Assembly (NCBI GenBank): GCA_902774215.1
Contig: CACYHU010000058.1
Span: forward strand, 14,987 to 78,986
Length of the DNA stretch: 64,000 bases
Direction: 5' to 3'
From: an uncultured Chloroflexota bacterium
GTDB taxonomy: Bacteria > Chloroflexota > Anaerolineae > Anaerolineales > Anaerolineaceae
Positions 41,555 to 50,321 of this stretch are shown one piece after another; position 1 is the first letter of the stretch; each line of letters begins with the position of its first letter. A model generated the notes under the pieces. It searched no databases and was not told the origin of the DNA. It saw nothing but the letters and a program-made list of their open reading frames with translations. A program made the translations under genes and the position numbers.

Positions 41555-42241
41555 ATGAAAAGCCAATTACGGATCGGTATCATTTTATTGATAGTATTGG
41601 CTGTATTTACGGTGATTGCCTTTGCTGTACCGTTTGAACATACAGCTGTTTTCTGGATTTCCTATGCCATGGGAGTTTTCGCTCTGCTGGTATTGGGTGT
41701 TGTCCTTTTGTCCATGTTTGGAAAAGAAACAACGGTCAGAAGCAAATTCTACAGATTCCCGATCACCCGAATCGCCTGGTGTTATGGAGCGACACAATTG
41801 ATTCTGAGCCTGATCTTTATGATCTTCTCAGCGAAGATACCGGTTTGGATTCCTGTGATTGTTTATGTTGTTTTATTCGCTGTTGCGGCGATTGGTTTAA
41901 TTAGCGCGGATGCCATGCGCGATGAGATTGTCCGTCAGGATGCAAAACTGAAAACTGATATTTCCTGCATGACAACGCTGCGCTCTATCGTTTATCCATT
42001 GGCGGATCAATGTCCTGATCTAAACGCAAAAAAGGCACTGCAAAAACTGGCTGAGGATTTTCGTTATAGTGATCCTGTCAGCAGCGAAGCTCTGAAACCG
42101 GTCGAAAATGAACTTGAGGACCTTGTTTCCGAGCTCCAGAATGCTGTCAGCAGCGGAAACATTACTCAGGTCGCTGCGCTTTGCAGTAAGATCAGTACAG
42201 TTCTGACAGAACGGAATCGACTGTGTAAATTGAACAAATAA
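41555..42241 (+). CDS. 4-TM membrane protein with a cytoplasmic helical C-terminal domain
   Basis: Its start lies 3 nt after the upstream stop. Four hydrophobic helices in the first 120 aa. No known motif. Confidence 0.55.
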   Translation: MKSQLRIGIILLIVLAVFTVIAFAVPFEHTAVFWISYAMGVFALLVLGVVLLSMFGKETTVRSKFYRFPITRIAWCYGATQLILSLIFMIFSAKIPVWIPVIVYVVLFAVAAIGLISADAMRDEIVRQDAKLKTDISCMTTLRSIVYPLADQCPDLNAKKALQKLAEDFRYSDPVSSEALKPVENELEDLVSELQNAVSSGNITQVAALCSKISTVLTERNRLCKLNK

Positions 42242-42255
42242 CTCCGGGAGGAATT

Positions 42256-44127
42256 ATGGCGATATTTCGATGCAAAATGTGTGGCGGAGATTTGGAAATT
42301 CAGGATGGGGCGACTTCCTGTGTATGTGAGTTCTGCGGGACACGGCAGACGCTGCCGACCAATCAGGATGAAAACCTGCAGGGACTGTTTAATCGGGCGA
42401 ATGTGCTGCGGATAAAGTCCGAATTTGACAAGGCCGCGGATATTTATGAAAAGATCCTGCAGGCGGACCAGACCGAAGCGGAAGCCTATTGGGGACTGAT
42501 CCTCTGCAAATACGGCATCGAATATGTCGAAGATCCCGCGACTTACAAACGGATACCGACCTGCCACCGGGCATCCTATGACGCTGTGACGACTGATGAA
42601 GACTACAAAAACGCACTGAAATATGCCGATGCCGTCCAGCGGGAGATCTATGAAACCGAAGCGGCGAAGATCGAAGAGATTCAGAGAGGTATCCTTGCAA
42701 TTGCACAAAAGGAATCTCCATATGATGTCTTCATCTGCTACAAAGAAACTGATGACAGCGGAAACCGAACACAGGACAGCGTGATCGCCAATGACATTTA
42801 CTATCAGCTGAAGAATGAGGGTTTCAAGGTCTTTTATGCCGCGATCTCCCTGGAAGACAAACTCGGCTCGGAATATGAACCGGTAATCTTTTCAGCGCTG
42901 AATACCGCAAAGGTTATGCTGGTGCTGGGTACAAAGCCGGAATATTTCAATGCCGTGTGGGTAAAAAACGAGTGGTCCCGCTTTCTGAAGATCATGAAAA
43001 AGGATCGAACCCGCTTGATGATCCCCTGTTACAAAGATATGGATCCATATGAACTTCCGGAAGAATTCGCTCATCTGCAGGCTCAAAATATGGGGAAGAT
43101 CGGTTTTATTAATGACTTGGTTCGCGGAATAAAGAAGGTTATCGGAAACGACCAGCCCCAGCAGGCAGCTGCACCCATGCCTGTTACTGCGGCAACTCCG
43201 GTTCATACAAGCAATGTGAACGCACTTTTGAAACGTGGAAACATGGCTCTTGAAGATGGCGAATGGGAAAAGGCCGATGATTTCTTCGAACAGGTTCTGA
43301 ACCAGGATGCAGAATGTGCGGAGGCTTATTGGGGAAAATATCTCGCTGCAAATCATCAACATAATGCAGAAGCTTTATACTCTTCATTGACTAACCAATA
43401 TAAAGAAGTTGCCTTTGTAAAAAAAGAGGCTTTTCCGCCTAATACCGCATATATTGAAAATGCTGTAAAGAATTTTGGTAAGGTTGGTATTTATTCCGAA
43501 GAGAAAATAAGAAGATATTATCAAAATTTTGACAGATATTTCGATTCGGAAATGGAAATAAGAAAAAAGCAGAAGGCAGAATTGATTCAGGCTACAGAGA
43601 CGGATAAATTATTTATTCGTGCGCAGCAATACGCCAAAGGAAATACAAAAGAAGCTATTGATCAATTTCTTGATTCGATCAATCGGGCCATGGATTCCAA
43701 AATACAGGAGGCTACGAATAGCGATGCTCAAAAGATTGCTGATAAGGTTGCAGCTTACCAGCAATATCTATCAGAAACAGATTCAAGATTATATAACGAA
43801 ATTAAGAAACTTTGGGATGAGAATGAACCTGAATATCAAAGGCTCCTTCAAGAATTTAATAACGCAAATACCGAAATTAAATTTATATCCTTACAAACAG
43901 ATTTTCAAAGACTTGGGGAATATAAAGATTCCAAAGTGCTTGCTCAGAGATGTTGGTCAGAATACTTAAAACTTCAGAAACAATTCTTGCAGGAGCAAGA
44001 ACAGCAAATGAAAAATAAAAACAAAGAAGAAGCACAAAAGAAAGAAAAAATATTCAAATTATCAATTATTTTAATTGTTATTGTACTTTTAGGAATTATA
44101 GTAGGGCTGATTATCACGTCCAAATAA
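42256..44127 (+). CDS. TIR-domain protein 1 (Zn-ribbon, TPR-like region, TIR, divergent helical C-terminal region, C-terminal TM anchor)
   Basis: N-terminal zinc ribbon MAIFRCKMCGGDL...CEFCG. TIR signatures YDVFICYKETDD ... AVWVKNEWSRF (S..W...E, the catalytic-Glu motif). C-terminal TM helix LSIILIVIVLLGIIVGLII. RBS GGGAGG precedes the start. Confidence 0.75.
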   Translation: MAIFRCKMCGGDLEIQDGATSCVCEFCGTRQTLPTNQDENLQGLFNRANVLRIKSEFDKAADIYEKILQADQTEAEAYWGLILCKYGIEYVEDPATYKRIPTCHRASYDAVTTDEDYKNALKYADAVQREIYETEAAKIEEIQRGILAIAQKESPYDVFICYKETDDSGNRTQDSVIANDIYYQLKNEGFKVFYAAISLEDKLGSEYEPVIFSALNTAKVMLVLGTKPEYFNAVWVKNEWSRFLKIMKKDRTRLMIPCYKDMDPYELPEEFAHLQAQNMGKIGFINDLVRGIKKVIGNDQPQQAAAPMPVTAATPVHTSNVNALLKRGNMALEDGEWEKADDFFEQVLNQDAECAEAYWGKYLAANHQHNAEALYSSLTNQYKEVAFVKKEAFPPNTAYIENAVKNFGKVGIYSEEKIRRYYQNFDRYFDSEMEIRKKQKAELIQATETDKLFIRAQQYAKGNTKEAIDQFLDSINRAMDSKIQEATNSDAQKIADKVAAYQQYLSETDSRLYNEIKKLWDENEPEYQRLLQEFNNANTEIKFISLQTDFQRLGEYKDSKVLAQRCWSEYLKLQKQFLQEQEQQMKNKNKEEAQKKEKIFKLSIILIVIVLLGIIVGLIITSK

Positions 44128-44244
44128 AAAATATTCTTTGTATGATGAGTAGCGCATCTTACTCCGAAGCTTTAGTATAAGTGATGTTGGAAACAGATAA
44201 TAATGAAATGTTGAAGATTATTTCAGGATAGTTAAGAGGATATT

Positions 44245-46065
44245 ATGGCGATGTATCGATGCAAGATGTGCGGCGGAGACCTGAAAATTCAGGACGGGGC
44301 GACCTCCTGTGTATGTGAATTCTGTGGGACGCAGCAGACGCTTCCGACCAATCAGAATGAGAATCTCCAGGGACTGTTTAATCGGGCGAATGTGTTGCGG
44401 ATAAAGTCCGAATTTGACAAGGCCGCGGATATTTATGAGAAGATCCTGCAGGAGGACCAGACCGAAGCGGAAGCTTACTGGGGACTGATCCTCTGCAAAT
44501 ACGGCATCGAATATGTTGAAGATCCAGCCATCTATAAGCGCATCCCGACCTGCCACCGGGCGTCCTATGAGGCGGTGACCACCGATGAAGACTACAAAAA
44601 CGCGCTGAAATATGCCGACGCGGTCCAGCGGGAGATCTATGAGACCGATGCGGCGAAGATCGAAGAGATCCAGAAGGGCATCATTGCCATTTCTCAAAAG
44701 GAATCACCCTATGATGTCTTCATCTGCTACAAAGAGACCGACAACAGCGGGAACCGAACCCAGGACAGCGTGATCGCCAATGATATTTACTACCAGCTGA
44801 AGAATGAAGGATTCAAGGTATTTTACGCAGCGATATCGCTTGAAGATAAGCTTGGCTTGGAATATGAACCGGTGATCTTTTCTGCGCTGAATACCGCGAA
44901 GGTGATGCTGGTCCTGGGAACAAAACCGGAATATTTCAATGCGGTCTGGGTGAAAAACGAATGGTCCCGCTTCCTGAAGATCATGAAAAAGGACCGTACC
45001 CGCTTGATGATCCCCTGTTACAAAGACATGGATCTCTATGAGCTTCCCGAAGAATTTGCTCATCTGCAGGCACAGAACATGGAGAAAATCGGCTTCATCA
45101 ACGATCTTGTCCGCGGCATAAAGAAAGTTATCAGAAAGGATCAGCCCCAGCCGGCAGTAAAGCCTATGCCTGTTGCCGCAGCAGCTCCGGTTTATACAAG
45201 CAACGTAAACGCGCTCTTGAAACGCGGAAACATGGCTCTGGAAGATGGCGAATGGGAAAAAGCCGATGATTTCTTCGAACAGGTTTTGAACCAAGATGCA
45301 GAATGTGCGCAAGCTTATTTTGGAAAATTTTTAGCTGCTAATAAACAACCTGGTCGCAATGTAATGATTGATCCTTTGATTGATAATTTTTGTGGAGATA
45401 TTGAGAAAGAAACCGTGGAAGCTTTTCCTCTTGATGAAGATCATATTCAGAAAATTATTCATAAATTTTCTATTCCCGAGTACCTTCCCGAAAAGACAAT
45501 AATTGATTATTATCATTTTTCCAGTCATTACCAATCAGAAGTAAAGTATCTTAAAGAACAGAGATTTCAATTATTGACTTATCTTGCTGCAGATAAATTC
45601 CTGATTCGAGCAAAAAAATATGCGAATGAAAAGGAAAAAGAACTTTTTAAAAACTGGATGAATTCTGTAGAAAATGCCATGGATCATCGTATCATTCAAG
45701 CGCTGGAAGAAGATCAGCAAAAAGAAGAAGAATTGAAAAAAAGTTATGTTTTTTTTCTTAAAGAAAAAGATTATCAGATTCAAAAACTTTGGCAGCAGGC
45801 ATCCATAAAGCGTGAACAAGACTATCAAAAAATAATCAGAGATATGAGGTCAGCAGGCTCTAAAGGAAGTTCATTAAAGAGTGATTTGTATAGAGCAAAA
45901 ATGAATTTCAGTACTCCCGGCATGAAAGACTATAAGGAAGCTGCAAAATATGCTGAATTATGCAAAATACAAATAAGCCGTTTTGAATCTTATGAACGAA
46001 GAAAAATCGAAGAATCCAAAATAGAAAATCAGTTATCAGAAGAAATACGGCATCGATTCCACTGA
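44245..46065 (+). CDS. TIR-domain protein 2 (paralog of TIR-1, no C-terminal TM)
   Basis: Same Zn-ribbon/TPR/TIR module as TIR-1, about 90% identical at nucleotide level for the first 1.1 kb. The C-terminal third is unrelated and AT-rich. Confidence 0.75.
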   Translation: MAMYRCKMCGGDLKIQDGATSCVCEFCGTQQTLPTNQNENLQGLFNRANVLRIKSEFDKAADIYEKILQEDQTEAEAYWGLILCKYGIEYVEDPAIYKRIPTCHRASYEAVTTDEDYKNALKYADAVQREIYETDAAKIEEIQKGIIAISQKESPYDVFICYKETDNSGNRTQDSVIANDIYYQLKNEGFKVFYAAISLEDKLGLEYEPVIFSALNTAKVMLVLGTKPEYFNAVWVKNEWSRFLKIMKKDRTRLMIPCYKDMDLYELPEEFAHLQAQNMEKIGFINDLVRGIKKVIRKDQPQPAVKPMPVAAAAPVYTSNVNALLKRGNMALEDGEWEKADDFFEQVLNQDAECAQAYFGKFLAANKQPGRNVMIDPLIDNFCGDIEKETVEAFPLDEDHIQKIIHKFSIPEYLPEKTIIDYYHFSSHYQSEVKYLKEQRFQLLTYLAADKFLIRAKKYANEKEKELFKNWMNSVENAMDHRIIQALEEDQQKEEELKKSYVFFLKEKDYQIQKLWQQASIKREQDYQKIIRDMRSAGSKGSSLKSDLYRAKMNFSTPGMKDYKEAAKYAELCKIQISRFESYERRKIEESKIENQLSEEIRHRFH

Positions 46066-46098
46066 CATAAAATGTTTAGGAAAAAACAAAAATCATTA

Positions 46099-46236
46099 AT
46101 AGATAGCTTCCATAAAACCATTCCATTCAGAAAAATCACATTGTCTATATTGGTTATTTCCAATAGCTACAACAGTGCCATCTGATTTCAACCCAACTTT
46201 ATAAATCTTCCGGTAGGAACAATTATCTAAGCGAGG
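46099..46236 (-). pseudogene. Orphan fragment of an RCC1-like repeat protein
   Basis: Minus-strand frame PRLDNCSYRKIYKVGLKSDGTVVAIGNNQYRQCDFSEWNGFMEAIY* (46 codons between stops, no start) matches the RCC1/ATS1-type repeat consensus (...GLKSDGTVVAVG.N.YGQCDVS.W...). Confidence 0.45.
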
Positions 46237-46361
46237 TTATTGGTAAAGTTTGGAAATTAATTAAGAAATTTTTACAAACAGGAGCAAAGATTTCTTAATA
46301 ATTAACAATATCAGCTTTATTTACAAACCTGAATATGGAAATATCATAAGACTGCGTAAAA

Positions 46362-47297
46362 TCAGCCGGATGCCCGATTTGCCATTTTCTTACGAGTGTC
46401 GGTGATGGCGGCCTGATAAAAGGCTTTGTAGCCGGGTTTGCCGTCGGGAGTGGTTTTTTCGGTATCGGAGAAACCCATGTCGAGGACTTCCACGTCCATG
46501 AGTTTGAGCAATTCGGTCTTTTCCCGCTGTTTTTCGGAGCGGAGCTCGTAGAAATATACTCTGCCGTGTTCGGCGCGTTCCCGCTGTTTTCGGTTCAGCA
46601 GCCACCAGAGGTCGACTTCGGACAGGCCGAAACCGAAGCCGAGAACATAGACATCGCCCAGGATGAAGGAATCCATCCAGCTGTTCAGTTCGATCAGTTT
46701 TCCCTCTTTCTGATTGCGGGCATAACGATCTTTATTCTTTTCCGATTCCTCGATGATCTTATAGAGCAGCTTCCCGTACCAGTAGTGGCCGAGGATCATG
46801 CTGTCGGTTTTGCGGATCTCACCGTGAACATGCCAGATACGGTTTTCCGTATTCCCGCACTTTACCTGATTATAGGTGTGCAGCAGGTAATTCCTTTCCG
46901 GGTTTTTTGAAGTGTACCGCATGAGTTTTGCGACCTGTTGGTCTGTGAGTTCATATTTCCCGAGAGCCGCTTCTTCCAGTTCATAGCTGTAATTCGTCGT
47001 AAGGATATCATCAAATCCCATGGTCAGAAGGTCCCGCAGGACTTCCATCTGCCGGTCGTTCCGGATCTTCCCCCTGAAATCCTCCTTTGCTGATTTCAGA
47101 GATGTCCGGATCTGGTTGTCCGATGCAAGGATCGCCTGCAGCGGCATCGGCATTTCGGATCTCGACCAGTCAAAGTCATTCCGTTTCGCGATCTTCCCGA
47201 TCAGATCCGCCCATGAGATACCGCTGTACGCCAGATTGAGCCCGTTGCCGAGAAACAAAATTTGTGGAATTGTAAAATTATTACATATATTTACCAT
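46362..47297 (-). CDS. Standalone SIR2-family protein (SIR2_2 / ThsA-type sirtuin-like NADase domain, no SLOG or other sensor domain)
   Basis: LFLGNGLNLA (GxG), ILTTNYSYELE (TTNYD-like, catalytic Asn), IWHVHGE (HxHG, catalytic His) and VLGFGFGLSEVDLWW. The ATG at 47297 lies 6 nt after the TIR-3 stop and has no SD of its own, suggesting translational coupling. Confidence 0.7.
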   Translation of the reverse strand: MVNICNNFTIPQILFLGNGLNLAYSGISWADLIGKIAKRNDFDWSRSEMPMPLQAILASDNQIRTSLKSAKEDFRGKIRNDRQMEVLRDLLTMGFDDILTTNYSYELEEAALGKYELTDQQVAKLMRYTSKNPERNYLLHTYNQVKCGNTENRIWHVHGEIRKTDSMILGHYWYGKLLYKIIEESEKNKDRYARNQKEGKLIELNSWMDSFILGDVYVLGFGFGLSEVDLWWLLNRKQRERAEHGRVYFYELRSEKQREKTELLKLMDVEVLDMGFSDTEKTTPDGKPGYKAFYQAAITDTRKKMANRASG

Positions 47298-47303
47298 ATA
47301 TTT

Positions 47304-49136
47304 TTATTTTTTAGAATTGATAGCAATGAGTAAAATCAAACTCATTATCAGAATTACAACCAAAAGGATAATAGTTTCTCTTGTCTTTTTTGTTTTTTCT
47401 TGTTGTTCAAGACGTCTTTGTTCTTCTTGATATATTTCTTTTTTCCTTTTGTGTAATTCATCTATTCTTTTGCTAATATCTTTATATCCCGTCCCGATTT
47501 TTTCGAATAAAAAAATAGCTGTATCACAGGCACTAATAGTTTCTGCTTTATCTGCTTGTGAACATGCTAATTGAAAATAATTTTCTCGTTTTTGAAATGT
47601 TGCTTGATAAAGCTGATTTGCTTTTTCATATGAATCAAAAAATTCTTGAGAATACTCCTCATTTATCCTTTTGAAATTTTCATCATCCTTGCTTCGTTCA
47701 TTTTCCAAGTGTAATTGCCAATTCGTTAGTATTCTTTTTTTTGCTTTGATTATGAAATCATTATTATTAGCGAATCGAATGGCACGATTAAAATATTTAT
47801 TTCTATTAAGTTTTTCAGTTTCGTTTTCTATTATTTGTGATATAGAAGCCGTTTCGCTTGAAAATGATTTCTCGTTTTGATTGAAAAGTTTTCGGATTGT
47901 TTTGCTATCTAAATAATTTTCTATCGTAAATTTCTCGGCAACAAGATCAACATCTTTCATGTTACGGGGAACAGTAATCTGTTGAATTTTACTGTTTTTT
48001 ATGAGGTTTTGCGATTTCCCTATCAGTTCCTCTATATTTTTGCATTGATAAAATGCTAATAATTTTCCAATGTAAGCATCTGAAGATTCAGGATCGATAT
48101 CCAATGCCTTGTCAAAATAAATATCTGCGGTAGAAAAGTCCCCGTCCTGTAATTCAATGTTTCCGCGCTTGAGAAACGAATTTATATTTGTTTGTTCTGA
48201 AATTTCTTGAACAAATTTTCCTTCTTTTTCTTCATGAGGTTTCAATTCAAGCACTTTGGTGATTCCGCGGATCAGGTCCTGGATAAAGCCGATGCGGCTC
48301 ATGTCGTAACTCTGCAGGATGGAAAGCTGTTCCGGCATGTCGTAGGGATCCATGTCGCGGTAGCAGGGGATCAGCAGCCGGCTGCGGTCATTTTTCATGA
48401 GGGCGAGGTAGCGGCTCCATTCGTTCTTCACCCAGACCGCGTTCATATATTCGGGACGAGTCCCGATGACGATCATAACTTTGGAAGAATGCAGGGCGGT
48501 AAAGATATAGGGCTCATACTGCTGCCCGGGTTTGTCTTCGAGGGTGATGCGGGAGAAAAAGACACGGTATCCCTGATCAGTCAGGCGGTAATAGATGTCC
48601 TGCGCCAGGGTGCTGTCGAGGGTACGCTGTCCGCGGTCATCGCTTTCCTTGTAGCAGATGAAAACATCGAAGGGAGCTTCTTTGTTGACGGTTTCGATGA
48701 TGTTCCGCTGGACTTCGGCGATAACTCTGCCGTCGTGCTCATACTGTTCCCGTGCGATCGGATCAGCGTTAGCGACAGCTGCCTGATAGTCTACGTCCTC
48801 CAGAAAGTTCGTGAAAGAAGCCCGGTGGCAGGTCGGGATATATTTTCCGCTGGCGGGATCCTTGACATATTCGATGCCGTACCGCGAAAGCGCCGCGCAC
48901 CAGTGTGCTTCGGCATCGGTATCATCTTCGGCGATGATGCGTTCATAGACGCTGAGCGCCTTGTCGAATTCGCTGATCCTGCGGAAATGGTCCCCGCGGT
49001 TGAAGGCGGCCGCCCGCTGTTCATCATTGATCTTAGGCAGTGTCTGCCTGGTGCCGCAATACTCGCAAACCGCGACGGTCGTCCCGTCAGCGATATTCAA
49101 ATCCCCGCCGCAAATTTTACACCGAATAATCGTCAT
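47304..49136 (-). CDS. TIR-domain protein 3 (paralog of TIR-1 and TIR-2; Zn-ribbon, TPR-like region, TIR, divergent C-terminal region, C-terminal TM anchor)
   Basis: MTIIRCKICGGDL...CEYCG. TIR motifs FDVFICYKESDD ... AVWVKNEWSRY. C-terminal TM helix IILLVVILIMSLILLIAI. RBS GGAGAAGAA. Confidence 0.75.
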   Translation of the reverse strand: MTIIRCKICGGDLNIADGTTVAVCEYCGTRQTLPKINDEQRAAAFNRGDHFRRISEFDKALSVYERIIAEDDTDAEAHWCAALSRYGIEYVKDPASGKYIPTCHRASFTNFLEDVDYQAAVANADPIAREQYEHDGRVIAEVQRNIIETVNKEAPFDVFICYKESDDRGQRTLDSTLAQDIYYRLTDQGYRVFFSRITLEDKPGQQYEPYIFTALHSSKVMIVIGTRPEYMNAVWVKNEWSRYLALMKNDRSRLLIPCYRDMDPYDMPEQLSILQSYDMSRIGFIQDLIRGITKVLELKPHEEKEGKFVQEISEQTNINSFLKRGNIELQDGDFSTADIYFDKALDIDPESSDAYIGKLLAFYQCKNIEELIGKSQNLIKNSKIQQITVPRNMKDVDLVAEKFTIENYLDSKTIRKLFNQNEKSFSSETASISQIIENETEKLNRNKYFNRAIRFANNNDFIIKAKKRILTNWQLHLENERSKDDENFKRINEEYSQEFFDSYEKANQLYQATFQKRENYFQLACSQADKAETISACDTAIFLFEKIGTGYKDISKRIDELHKRKKEIYQEEQRRLEQQEKTKKTRETIILLVVILIMSLILLIAINSKK

Positions 49137-49319
49137 TTCTTCTCCGCTAACTCTTGATAAAACACAAATTCTTTATAATTACTATTGTAACATATTTGTA
49201 TTTTTCAACTGAAATATTGTAAATCACAATTTGAAATATCCATTTGGATTTGAACTCTTAGTGAGAAAAAAAATCGCCGAAAAGACGGCGAATTTGCTTT
49301 CTGAAGGGTTATGTGTGTA

Positions 49320-50057
49320 TTATCCAATACCGTAGGTGACGGTTTTCCAGTAGCCTTTGTCGGAACGGCCGAGGTACCATGTCCATACGTAAAGCGTATC
49401 CGCTTCCCAGGCGCCATAGGCTTCCTTCGGTGACATGAACCAGACTTCGTAAACTGCGCATTCATCGAACTCGCCTCTTTCAAGGCTGTTGATATAATCC
49501 AGATTCTCTTCACTGAAATCGTCATCTGTATAGCTGATGTTGAGCTGCTTCACACCTTCCATTTGGGTAAGGTCGGCACGGATGTTTTCGGAACCACCTT
49601 CCAGATCGTAAACTGAGAAATGATCAGAATTGAGGAAAGGTTCGGCCCAGCCCCAATTGCGCAGGGTCCATTCGCCGTCTTTATTGCGGACAACCGTCCA
49701 GGACCAGCAATAATCCTCATTCGCAGCCCAGGCCATCGACTCCTCTTTCGGAGAGCGGAAAGCAGACATGAAGAGCATGCATTCATCGTAAGGTTCTTCG
49801 CTGTCTGCATTTACGTTCGCGAGTTCGTTCAGTGAACGTGCATCTCCGGCGTATTGCAGCCGATAGAGCCTGCAGCCGTCCCAGGTGGAAAATTCCGCCA
49901 TAATGACATCGGCGGCAGCCACGATATCCTCATATGAAAATAATTCGGAAACACCCGGATAAAGCGGATAATCAGGCTCCTGAGCACCGGCAGCTCCGCA
50001 GACGCACAAGGCTGTGAGGATGACAGCAAAAAGTGTCAAAATGATATTTTTCTTCAT
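49320..50057 (-). CDS. Hypothetical secreted protein
   Basis: Signal peptide MKKNIILTLFAVILTALCVCGAAGAQE. No recognisable domain. Confidence 0.5.
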   Translation of the reverse strand: MKKNIILTLFAVILTALCVCGAAGAQEPDYPLYPGVSELFSYEDIVAAADVIMAEFSTWDGCRLYRLQYAGDARSLNELANVNADSEEPYDECMLFMSAFRSPKEESMAWAANEDYCWSWTVVRNKDGEWTLRNWGWAEPFLNSDHFSVYDLEGGSENIRADLTQMEGVKQLNISYTDDDFSEENLDYINSLERGEFDECAVYEVWFMSPKEAYGAWEADTLYVWTWYLGRSDKGYWKTVTYGIG

Positions 50058-50321
50058 TTCTATAAAATCCTTTTCAAAAATAATTTTTAGAAAACACCGG
50101 TTTTTATCCGGAAGCCTTCGAAAAAACTGTTGACTGCATAATTTGAAGGCGTTTCTGATAAGCGTATTTCTCAGTATTTCCTGTTCACATTCTAATAATT
50201 ATGATGAAATTCGGGGAGAAAAAGTTCCAAAAATTTCGGAGGAAAATATTCCGTTCCGGTCAGTGTGCTTATGTTCCCGGCAATCATATAAAATGTTTGA
50301 CAAATAAAAAAATAACTATAT

